Assembly (NCBI GenBank): GCA_964422725.1
Contig: CAYRCC010000002.1
Location: 28,694-92,693 of the forward strand
Origin: an uncultured Lachnospiraceae bacterium
GTDB taxonomy: Bacteria; Bacillota; Clostridia; UBA1381
Reading direction: 5' to 3'
DNA length: 64,000 bases
Shown: positions 18,961 to 27,566 of the stretch, in pieces
Layout: each line of letters opens with the position of its first letter
Numbering within the stretch: position 1 is the stretch's first letter
Program-made: the position numbers and the translations under genes
The notes under the pieces: generated by a model
What the model saw: the letters and a program-made list of their open reading frames with translations, nothing else
What the model was told of the DNA's origin: nothing
Database searches by the model: none

Positions 18961-19677
18961 TTAAATTCCAAAAACCTGCTGATTTTCTATTGCATCATAC
19001 AACGCTCTGTAAATATAATAATCTGCCGGCTCTGTAATTTTTATATTATTTCTCGTGCTTTTCACAAGATGCATCGGCTCATTATATATATGACACAAAT
19101 GCGATGAATCTATTGTCTTTATCCCCTCATTCTGCGCCTTTTCATATAAATTGAATATTCTGCCGTAATAAAACGACTGCGGCGCTTTGGCAACAAACAT
19201 CTGTTCCCTCGGCGGAACGTCAACAATAACCTCAGCATTATCCGACCGCACAACGCTCTCTCTTACTTTTTCCGACGTAATTGCATTTCCGAATTTTCTG
19301 ACAGAGCTGATATTTTCCAAAATCAGTTCCTCGTTTATCAACGGTCTTACGCCGTCGTGAATAAGAACAATATCGTCATCACTCACAAATTTCTTCATTG
19401 CTACCAAACCGTTATAAATAGAATCGTGTCCCGTTTCACCCCCTGGCACTATATCCACAACTTTTTGTATATCGTAGCGTTTTAAATATCCCCTCAATTC
19501 CGCTATCCAATTTTTAATGCAAATAACTACTATATTATCTACCTCAGCGCAATACTCAAAATGTTCTAAAGTATATATAATAATCGGTTTGCCGTGCATT
19601 TCCAAAAACTGCTTAGGTCTGGACCTCGAATTCATTCTCGTCCCCGTACCGCCCGCAAATATCAACGCTGTTACCAT
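18961..19677 (-). CDS. IspD/TarI-family cytidylyltransferase (CDP-polyol or CDP-sugar-phosphate synthase)
   Basis: ALIFAGGTGTRMNSRSRPKQFLEMHGKPIIIYTLEHF and IHDGVRPL. The ATG at 19677 is preceded by AAGGGG. Confidence 0.8.
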   Translation of the reverse strand: MVTALIFAGGTGTRMNSRSRPKQFLEMHGKPIIIYTLEHFEYCAEVDNIVVICIKNWIAELRGYLKRYDIQKVVDIVPGGETGHDSIYNGLVAMKKFVSDDDIVLIHDGVRPLINEELILENISSVRKFGNAITSEKVRESVVRSDNAEVIVDVPPREQMFVAKAPQSFYYGRIFNLYEKAQNEGIKTIDSSHLCHIYNEPMHLVKSTRNNIKITEPADYYIYRALYDAIENQQVFGI

Positions 19678-19704
19678 TATAACGCCCCTTATCAATTTTA
19701 TCTG

Positions 19705-20091
19705 TTATAATTTTTTATCTATAACAATCTCCCTTTTCACAAAACAATCTCGCTCACCGTCAATTGCCACTGCCATTTTCAAGCCGGACGGCTTGTTATC
19801 ATTCATCAAAATCCTTTCGCCGTACGGCGCACCGTAAATAATATTGTTATATCTTATTGAATTATCAGCCAAAAATTTCTCCGTCATTTTACTGTATTCT
19901 TCTGTTCTTGACGTTAGAAATATAATCATATCGCTTTCCGGAATACTTTCAAGGAACTCTTTTGCACCGTTCAAAAGCGAATCCGACCCGTCAATTTTAT
20001 ATCCGTTGTGCTTTACTATTGTACCGTCCAAATCCAATATCCACGTATGCCCCAACGACGACAATACTAATTTTTCTTCTTTCATAGCCAC
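19705..20091 (-). CDS. Small HAD-superfamily phosphatase-like protein; first gene of the island
   Basis: WILDLDGTIVKHNG (DxDGT motif I), FLTSR (motif II). 128 aa. Confidence 0.6.
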   Translation of the reverse strand: MAMKEEKLVLSSLGHTWILDLDGTIVKHNGYKIDGSDSLLNGAKEFLESIPESDMIIFLTSRTEEYSKMTEKFLADNSIRYNNIIYGAPYGERILMNDNKPSGLKMAVAIDGERDCFVKREIVIDKKL

Positions 20092-20405
20092 TCATTCCTT
20101 AAATCCCGTACCATTTACATTCATCGGTCAAAGCCGAAAAATAACATATTTCGCCTTCAACCGACTTTCTGTGCGGTACAAATGTCAACTATATTATTTT
20201 TCGTCATTTTCGTCATTTTCTTTAGCATTTTATATAATATACATAAATATTGTATCACAAATTAGGCATAATGTGAAGTTTTTTATAAAAATACACAATT
20301 ATAGGCTGTAAACCTGTAACGATTTTGCCCGTCAATCGTTGTCCGCAAATGTTTCTCGGCAGTCCATACCGGCACACCGCATAGTTCTTACAGTGTGCTT
20401 TGGTA

Positions 20406-21209
20406 TCAACTATTGTTTTTCCTATACGCAATCGGTGCTGCACCGACTATTTCCTTAAATGCCGTAGAAAAATAATTGCTGTCATTAAAACCGCAGTCAT
20501 ACGCAACGGTTTTGATTGATTTGTCGGTGTTGTCCAGCATATCCTTTGCGTGGTGTATTCGTATATTTGTCAAATATTCCTTAAAATGAATTCCCGTATT
20601 TTCGTAAAAGAGGGTTGAAAGATAATTCGGTGTCAGCTTGAATTTCTTTGAAATATCTTTTAAAGTTAAGGGACTATTGTAATTTTGATTGGCATATTTA
20701 ATCAGACGCTCGACCGTGGGATTTGTTATCTTATTGTCCGTAACGGCATAGCTGTCCATATTTCGTGCCAAATGTACAAGCATAATATTCAGATAATAAA
20801 TTGAAAGCTTTTGCGAAAAAATATCATTCTTACCTTTTTCGGCTTTAAAGTTTTTAATCAGCGTATTTATAAATTTAGTATCTGTCGGAGCGTATACTCT
20901 GTGTGAGAACAGCCTGCCGATTTCGGGCATAATATCCGCATCAATCGCATTATCCGTAAAATTCCAAATGATTCGCTCGTATGTAGCGGCACTGTTGCGT
21001 GTTTTGTGGATTGCACCTTTTGGAATAATCGTTATATTCGAGGGTGCAACGGAATATACCTGATCCTTTATGAATAATTCAAGACTGCCCGAAATCAGAT
21101 AAATCATCTCATATCCCTCGTGAATGTGAAAAGCCGGTGCACCTAATATATTTGGTGCCGAATAATCGAAAGCAAAATCCTTGTGCATTTTATATTCCAA
21201 CGCTTGCAT
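20406..21209 (-). CDS. AraC-family transcriptional regulator (cupin sensor plus HTH)
   Basis: N-terminal cupin (FHIHEGYEMIYLISG). C-terminal LTLKDISKKFKLTPNYLSTLF...IKTVAYDCGFNDSNYFSTAFK. Confidence 0.85.
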   Translation of the reverse strand: MQALEYKMHKDFAFDYSAPNILGAPAFHIHEGYEMIYLISGSLELFIKDQVYSVAPSNITIIPKGAIHKTRNSAATYERIIWNFTDNAIDADIMPEIGRLFSHRVYAPTDTKFINTLIKNFKAEKGKNDIFSQKLSIYYLNIMLVHLARNMDSYAVTDNKITNPTVERLIKYANQNYNSPLTLKDISKKFKLTPNYLSTLFYENTGIHFKEYLTNIRIHHAKDMLDNTDKSIKTVAYDCGFNDSNYFSTAFKEIVGAAPIAYRKNNS

Positions 21210-21354
21210 GGGCTGTCCCTCCTTTTAGATTATTATATATTATTATTGTAGTTTTTTCAAGATTTTCAGAATAAATTTTACTTTTTTAAATGAAAAACTT
21301 AAAATAACACTGTATAATGTAATTAAATAAATCATACAAAGGCAGGGAAAAATT

Positions 21355-22437
21355 ATGAATGCTTTAACATATGCCAAGCTTGGCACAGACACAATAATGA
21401 AAAAATACACGCCGTCCGAGCTGCCTCCCAACCACAGATTTCATTATCACCAGGGAGTATTTCTGACAGGTGTTGAGCGGGTGTATGCACTTACAAAGGA
21501 TAAGAAATATTACGACTACATAAAAGCATGGGTGGACTGTCATTTGCAGAAAAACGGCGATTGTCCGACCTGTCATACAGATGAGTTTGACGATATGCAA
21601 CCGGGACTTTTACTGTTTGACCTTTACGAAACAACAAAAGACGAACGATATAAAATTCTGCTTGACAGAATTATCAAAGCAGCGGAAGAACACCCCAAAA
21701 ACGCACTCGGCGGAGTATGGCACAAAAAGTTTATGAAAAATCAGATGTGGCTGGATTGTATGTATATGATGGGTGTTGTTGTTACACGGTATGCGGTTAC
21801 GTTCGATAAGCCGTATCTTATCAAGGTGGTACACAGACAGATGCGTTTGATGTACGAGAATATGAAAAATCCCCAAACGGGACTGTTGTATCATGCTTGG
21901 GACGATTCAAAGGAAGCACCGTGGGCGGATAAGGCTACGGGCTGTTCGCCGGTGCATTGGGGCAGAGCTATGGGCTGGTATGTTGTAGCTTTGGCGGAGA
22001 TTATAGAAATGCTCCCCGATGACAACGAGTATAAAAACGATTTCATCGCAGCGGAAAAGGAACTGTTAAGTTCGGTAATAAAATATCGTGACAGCAAGAC
22101 GGGATTGTGGTATCAGGTTATCGACAAGGGGGATGTAAAGGGCAACTGGCACGAAACCTCTTGCTCGTGCTTGTTCACTTATGCGATAGTCAAATCGGCA
22201 CGACTGGGTGTTATCGATAATATCGGCAAGGATTTCGTAGAGGAATGTTATAACGGTATTCTTACCATGGTTAATGTATCGGGCGAAAAACTTGGTATAA
22301 ATGGTGTGTGCATCGGTACGGGTGTCGGAGATATAAATTATTATTTTGAACGTGAAACCGTAGAGGACGATTTACACGGAATGGGTGCATTCATACTGAT
22401 GTGCAGTGAAATAGCAAAAAGTGAGAAAGGTGAGTAA
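21355..22437 (+). CDS. GH105-like unsaturated rhamnogalacturonyl hydrolase
   Basis: YHQGVFLTGVERVY...WLDCMYMMG...HWGRAMGWY...SCSCLFTYA fits the YteR/YesR (alpha/alpha)6 family. The gene is divergent from the AraC gene. Confidence 0.75.
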   Translation: MNALTYAKLGTDTIMKKYTPSELPPNHRFHYHQGVFLTGVERVYALTKDKKYYDYIKAWVDCHLQKNGDCPTCHTDEFDDMQPGLLLFDLYETTKDERYKILLDRIIKAAEEHPKNALGGVWHKKFMKNQMWLDCMYMMGVVVTRYAVTFDKPYLIKVVHRQMRLMYENMKNPQTGLLYHAWDDSKEAPWADKATGCSPVHWGRAMGWYVVALAEIIEMLPDDNEYKNDFIAAEKELLSSVIKYRDSKTGLWYQVIDKGDVKGNWHETSCSCLFTYAIVKSARLGVIDNIGKDFVEECYNGILTMVNVSGEKLGINGVCIGTGVGDINYYFERETVEDDLHGMGAFILMCSEIAKSEKGE

Positions 22438-22439
22438 CA

Positions 22440-25400
22440 ATGAAAAAGAAAGTAATATCCGGTATACTTGCGGTGCTGATGGCTGTGCAATCGGCATCGG
22501 CGGTATTGGCGGCATCATCATACAACAATAATACCTATTTTGATGAGTGGGACAGTGAAAATTTATCATCAAGATATACTCGTCAGGCGGAAAAGTTGGA
22601 TAGAGGCGTGGTTGCAGTGAAAACAGCGGATATGGATCATGTGTTCATCAGCTGGAGGCTTAACGGATATGAGCCCGAAAATTCCAAATTCAATATTTAT
22701 CGTGACGGAGTTCTTATCACTGCCGAGCCGATTGAATTGACTAATTTCAAGGATTTTGACGGAGATGTAAACAGTAAATATTCTGTCGGACTTGTGGTGA
22801 ACGGTGAAGAAACGGAATGTTCACAGCCTGTCGGAGTGTTGGAAAATCAATATTTGGAGATTAAGCTTGCACCGCATCCGCCTGTTACTACATTGGATAT
22901 TGTAACCGATGGTTCTTCCGAAACACTTCTTGATAAACCTGCCACGTACGGAGCAAACGACGTTCATGTGGCTGATTTGGACGGTGACGGCAGATATGAT
23001 TTTCTTGTAAAATTAGTTCCCTCAAATCAGAATGACCCTATGGGAAATTATGCGGATAAAACGTATTTAGATGCTTATACACAAGACGGCGAGCATTTAT
23101 ACAGAATTGATATGGGTGCAAACCTCCGCTCGCAAAGACATGGCATACAGCCGTTGGTATATGATTTTGACGGTGACGGAAGAGCGGAGATTGCGGTTAT
23201 GACGGCAGACGGTACAGTATCGCTTCGTCCCAATCCGAACGGTAACGGTACTTACGGTACATTCGGCGGATTTGACAGCCAACCCGATATTTACGGTACG
23301 CTTGATGCGAATTATGATGTAATCAGCGTTATCGGCGACCCTCGTGAGGTGGGAAAAAGCGTACAGCACGGAAAATGGGTACAGGATAAAGACGAATATT
23401 ATATGAATCAGGAAGGACCGCTGTATCTGACGGTTTTTGACGGATTAACGGGCGAAGAAATCGATACAATTCCGTATGATCCGCAGACAAGCCGACAAGG
23501 CTATGAAATTGCCGTAAACGGATATTCCGAAGGTGCAATTACGGTAGACGGATTCACGTTTGACGGCTATGCTTTGCCCGAGGGTGCTATGCCGATAAAT
23601 ACAGCCTCGGAAAAGGGTGCAAGAGAATGGGGAACATATCCGAATCACCCGTGGCGAAACAATTCCGCTGTTGCATATTTAGACGGAAAAACTCCGGGTA
23701 TGGTGTTTCAAAGAGGTATCTATATGGGACGTGTAGCCTTGGCGGCATATACGCTGGAGAAAACATCTGACGGAAAAAGACAACTTGTTCAGGAATGGCG
23801 TGCAGATACATATGATTCATCAAGCGAGGGCGGACAAAAGCGTTTCGGCGGAATTGATGCACAGGGTAATCACAATATTTCTGTAGGGGATTTGGACGGC
23901 AGCGGACGTGATTCATATATTATTGGTGCCTCGGCTGTAAAATATGACGGTACATTGCTGTGGACAACAGGCAGAGGTCACGGTGATGCACAGCATTTGG
24001 GCAAGTATGATCCGACACGTAAGGGATTGCAGTTTATGTCGGTGCATGAACGTTCGCCGTTCGGATTTTCGTTCCTTGATGCATCGACAGGCAGGGATAT
24101 TGCAAAACGACAGTCGGCAGATGCGGATACAGGTCGCGGAATTGTCGGTATATGGGGTGATTTTGACGGTGCACACGCAGTGATAAGTGCATCGGAATCG
24201 ACAGGCGGATATACATATAAGGGCGGAGTCGGCTCTTCAGATGCATTGGCAAAGCTTGAAAATGTTCATAATTTGCCGAATGTGGCAGACAGTGAAACAG
24301 GAAAAGCAACACAGCTTGCAAATTTCCGTATTTATTGGGACGGAGATTTGTGGGACGAAATTATGGACGGCTATGACGAAACCGGTACAAAGGACAGGGA
24401 AATGGAATACGGAATTTATAAATATTCCGAAGATACCGACAAGGTAGAATTACTATTCAGCACCGAGGGTGCAAAAACCATTGATTTTACAAAAATGCCG
24501 CCCTGTGCGGTTGCGGATATTTTCGGCGATTGGCGCGAGGAATTTATCGCAAGAAGTGCCGATGATACGGCAATACGAATTTATACAACGGTTATTCCTA
24601 CCGAATACCGCTATTATACATTTATGCATGATGCATTGTATCGTGTAAGTGCGGCACGTCAGTGGTCGGGATATAATCAGCCGCCGCATATCGGCTTTTA
24701 TCTGGCGGATCGTGACGGTCAGCGTGACCTGCAGCCCAAAGCCAATATTTATACGGCAAACGGCGAAGGTATTTTCATAGACGGTCAACCTCAAAAGGAG
24801 CTTGATGTTATATCGGGCGAAATTAATACAAAATTGTCGGTCGATGCGGCATCAAATCCGAGTGAAACAGAGCTTAAATATCAGTGGTACGAAACAACGG
24901 GGACAGTAAATGAGTTTTCAAGACGGCCTGTTGAGGGTACGCCTATCAGCGGTGAAACAAGCAGTGAATTAAATCTGCCGAGTGATTTATCTGTCGGCGA
25001 GCATTATTATTACTGTGTAGTCAGTGCGGACGGAATTGCGGAAAAAACAAGCTTTACATCAAGGGTAAATGTGCTTGCAAGTGCGGAAATTGAAATAACA
25101 AAACAGCTTCCGTCAACGGTTGAAACGATTGTCGGAAATATTGACAGCAAGCTGGAAACAGATGCAAAGGTCACACCGTCAGATGAAATTTCGTATCAGT
25201 GGTACAGCTGTACGGATTCGGACGGCTCAAACGCACAAGCTATTGAAAGCGAAACGGACAAAGTCTTTGAAATACCTAAGAATTTGGGTGTCGGAACGTA
25301 TTATTACTACTGCGTGGTTAGTGCGGACGGTGCGGAAAGTGTAATGAGTAAGATTACAGCCGTTAAAGTGAATTATGACTTGTATAAGCTGTATGACGGT

Positions 25401-26417
25401 AATAATTTTACAGATACAAATAATGTGTGGTTTACAAATGACGGCGGTGTCGGCTCGGCAAATTTGAAAGTAACTGTGAATACAGCTGTGTCGGACGGAA
25501 TTTCGGGAGTGGTTGACAGCTATGCGAATATTGCGGGTAAAATTTCGGGTAATAGGTCGGTGGTTGCAAATATAAAATCCGCACCGCAGGAGGCTTTGTC
25601 GGCGAATAAGGAATATTTCATCGAGTATGATGTGCGATTTGAATCGACGTCGGCAGGCTATATTGATGTGGGTATTTGGCCCGAAAATGCAAATGTGGGA
25701 AAAACAAATGCGATAGCTCGTTTGACTATGAATCAAAATAAAGAGCTTTATTGGGCGGCGAATACACAGCGTGGTGCAAGCTCGACGGAAAACGGAACAA
25801 AAATCAACGATTTTTCGGGGACCCTAAATCAGTGGATGCACGTTCAGCTTAATCTTAATTATGAAACGATGACGGGAACAATCCGCATTACATCGAACGA
25901 GCCGAATAAGGCAGACCTTGAGTATAATGCAGAGTTTTTGTTGAAAAAGACGGTAGACGGCGAAAAAACAGCTGTTTCCGATTCAATAGGACAGTTCGGT
26001 GCGTTTTTCCAGCGTTCGACAACGGCAGATGCGTCGGTAAGTATCGCAAACGTGCATTTCTTTACGGTGGATAAAGCTCCGGCAGTAAAGGAAGGAATTA
26101 CAGCGGCAATAACCTCGGACAGCTTGAAATATGAAAACGGTGCGATAACGGGAAATGTATCGGTAAATGTTGCAAATTACGAAACCGATAATTTATCGGC
26201 ATCGGCAATATTGGCTGTTTATGATAATGAGGGCAAGCTGATTTTCACTCAAATTAAGAATGAAGTAAATCTCGCAAAGGGTGACACCAATACAATAGAT
26301 TTTGATGAGGTTAATATATCAGATGCAGATGCAGATTCGTATAAATATAAGGTGTTTATTTGGGACTTTGCAGCATCAATGAAGGCATTGACGGAAGTAA
26401 TCGGTGCTGATGTTTGA
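22440..26417 (+). CDS. Secreted multidomain rhamnogalacturonan lyase (PL11, YesW-like) with tandem Ig-like modules and C-terminal accessory domains
   Basis: Signal peptide MKKKVISGILAVLMAVQSASA. LDRGVVAV...FISWRL...FNIYRDG. FG-GAP-like ADLDGDGRYDF, YDFDGDGRAEI, VGDLDGSGRD. IFGDWREEFI and YNQPPHIGFY. Confidence 0.8.
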   Translation: MKKKVISGILAVLMAVQSASAVLAASSYNNNTYFDEWDSENLSSRYTRQAEKLDRGVVAVKTADMDHVFISWRLNGYEPENSKFNIYRDGVLITAEPIELTNFKDFDGDVNSKYSVGLVVNGEETECSQPVGVLENQYLEIKLAPHPPVTTLDIVTDGSSETLLDKPATYGANDVHVADLDGDGRYDFLVKLVPSNQNDPMGNYADKTYLDAYTQDGEHLYRIDMGANLRSQRHGIQPLVYDFDGDGRAEIAVMTADGTVSLRPNPNGNGTYGTFGGFDSQPDIYGTLDANYDVISVIGDPREVGKSVQHGKWVQDKDEYYMNQEGPLYLTVFDGLTGEEIDTIPYDPQTSRQGYEIAVNGYSEGAITVDGFTFDGYALPEGAMPINTASEKGAREWGTYPNHPWRNNSAVAYLDGKTPGMVFQRGIYMGRVALAAYTLEKTSDGKRQLVQEWRADTYDSSSEGGQKRFGGIDAQGNHNISVGDLDGSGRDSYIIGASAVKYDGTLLWTTGRGHGDAQHLGKYDPTRKGLQFMSVHERSPFGFSFLDASTGRDIAKRQSADADTGRGIVGIWGDFDGAHAVISASESTGGYTYKGGVGSSDALAKLENVHNLPNVADSETGKATQLANFRIYWDGDLWDEIMDGYDETGTKDREMEYGIYKYSEDTDKVELLFSTEGAKTIDFTKMPPCAVADIFGDWREEFIARSADDTAIRIYTTVIPTEYRYYTFMHDALYRVSAARQWSGYNQPPHIGFYLADRDGQRDLQPKANIYTANGEGIFIDGQPQKELDVISGEINTKLSVDAASNPSETELKYQWYETTGTVNEFSRRPVEGTPISGETSSELNLPSDLSVGEHYYYCVVSADGIAEKTSFTSRVNVLASAEIEITKQLPSTVETIVGNIDSKLETDAKVTPSDEISYQWYSCTDSDGSNAQAIESETDKVFEIPKNLGVGTYYYYCVVSADGAESVMSKITAVKVNYDLYKLYDGNNFTDTNNVWFTNDGGVGSANLKVTVNTAVSDGISGVVDSYANIAGKISGNRSVVANIKSAPQEALSANKEYFIEYDVRFESTSAGYIDVGIWPENANVGKTNAIARLTMNQNKELYWAANTQRGASSTENGTKINDFSGTLNQWMHVQLNLNYETMTGTIRITSNEPNKADLEYNAEFLLKKTVDGEKTAVSDSIGQFGAFFQRSTTADASVSIANVHFFTVDKAPAVKEGITAAITSDSLKYENGAITGNVSVNVANYETDNLSASAILAVYDNEGKLIFTQIKNEVNLAKGDTNTIDFDEVNISDADADSYKYKVFIWDFAASMKALTEVIGADV

Positions 26418-26470
26418 TTTGTTAACAATATAAAAATAGTTTCTTTCTCTCTCTTTAATTATAGCATAAA

Positions 26471-26505
26471 TGCGAAAAGGCTTGTTTTAAGTCTTTTCGC
26501 ATTTT
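26471..26505 (+). terminator. Rho-independent terminator after the PL11 gene
   Basis: TGCGAAAAG (26471-79) pairs with CTTTTCGCA (26493-501), followed by TTTTG. Confidence 0.6.
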
Positions 26506-26700
26506 GCGGTTATCGCGGAATACATTGTGATAATGAATTTCATTGCACTACAGCTGCCCGTATCATTTCGTTTTAACGGCAGATTTATGTTTAAAATTTT
26601 AACGGATACAGAAAATCAATAAAAATACCCGAATTTGTCTGCCGGCTCACCGCAAAACGTGAGTATCGGAAGCAAGACTCAAATTTTTATCCGCAGCACA

Positions 26701-26750
26701 AACGGGTTATGGCAAAATGATTTTTAAATATCATTTTGCCATAACCCGTT
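26701..26750. repeat. Perfect 21-bp inverted repeat (hairpin) between convergent genes
   Basis: AACGGGTTATGGCAAAATGAT (26701-21), 8-nt AT loop, ATCATTTTGCCATAACCCGTT (26730-50). Confidence 0.9.
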
Positions 26751-26793
26751 GATTTTCCGGTCATCTATCGCCAACCCGATAATCCGCCGACTA

Positions 26794-27045
26794 TCAGTCT
26801 TTTGCAAATGCCTGAAGCTTCTTTGCGCACTCAGGGCAAACCATTCTGTTTTCAAATGTAAACACATCCTTGGCATCACCGCAGAATATGCACGCAGGCT
26901 CGTACTTTTTCAAAATAACCAGTCCCTGGTCTACATAAATTTCCAAAGCATCTTTCTCCGCTATACCGAGAGTTCTTCTCAATTCGATAGGCAATACTAT
27001 TCTGCCCAACTCGTCTACCTTTCTTACAATACCTGTTGATTTCAT
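26794..27045 (-). CDS. AbrB/SpoVT-family transition-state regulator with a C-terminal four-Cys tail
   Basis: MKSTGIVRKVDELGRIVLPIELRRTLGI is the swapped-hairpin AbrB domain. The C-terminus reads CIFCG...CPEC. The ATG at 27045 is preceded by AAGGAGAAAAA. The longer track ORF to 27213 is unlikely. Confidence 0.85.
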   Translation of the reverse strand: MKSTGIVRKVDELGRIVLPIELRRTLGIAEKDALEIYVDQGLVILKKYEPACIFCGDAKDVFTFENRMVCPECAKKLQAFAKD

Positions 27046-27498
27046 AATGTTTTTCTCCTTTCCATATATAAAACATTTTGTTAATATTTTGATATCCATA
27101 TTATAACATATATTACATCTACAGTCAACACTTTTTTCACAAAAAATGAACTTTTTTGTAATTTTTTTAGTAATTACAAAAAATGCCTTTTGATTATGGT
27201 TTTTATTGTGCAAACAGCACTTATTTCGCTGTCGAACGCCGACTGTTTATGTGTCTTTTGCACAACATTTGAACGTATGTTCATATTCTCATCTTTCATT
27301 TTTCTGACATTTCAGACATAATTTCTCATTTTTATCAAAGAAAAATACGGTGAGCGTGAATATATTTTCCGGTTCATTTTCTTCAAATTGCGGCACTCAT
27401 TTCCTTATTTTTTTAACACAATTAAGTTGCATTTTGAAATTGTAAATTCAGATTTTCGGCGCGATGATAACGGTAATAATTTTGTAACAAAAAATATC

Positions 27499-27527
27499 TG
27501 GTCAAAAACACATATATATTGTATAAT
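27499..27527 (+). promoter_or_regulatory. Possible sigma-A promoter for cdaA (extended -10)
   Basis: TGGTCA, 17 nt, then TATAAT preceded by TG (TGTATAAT at 27520-27527), about 40 nt upstream of the cdaA start. Confidence 0.35.
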
Positions 27528-27566
27528 ATAATTATTAATATTTCATCGGGAGGCTGTGCATTAATT

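Noticed and set aside
1323-20405. Searched the borders of the AT-rich glycan island for integrase or transposase genes, a tRNA target or flanking direct repeats
   Set aside because: None were recognisable by eye. The island is flanked directly by recX and an AraC gene. Horizontal origin rests only on composition and gene content, so no mobile element is reported.
23097-25736. Multiple 67-169-aa minus-strand ORFs inside the first PL11 gene, and similar ones at 51214-54512 in the second
   Set aside because: All are antisense to long, motif-rich lyase genes. They have no RBS and no conserved motifs.
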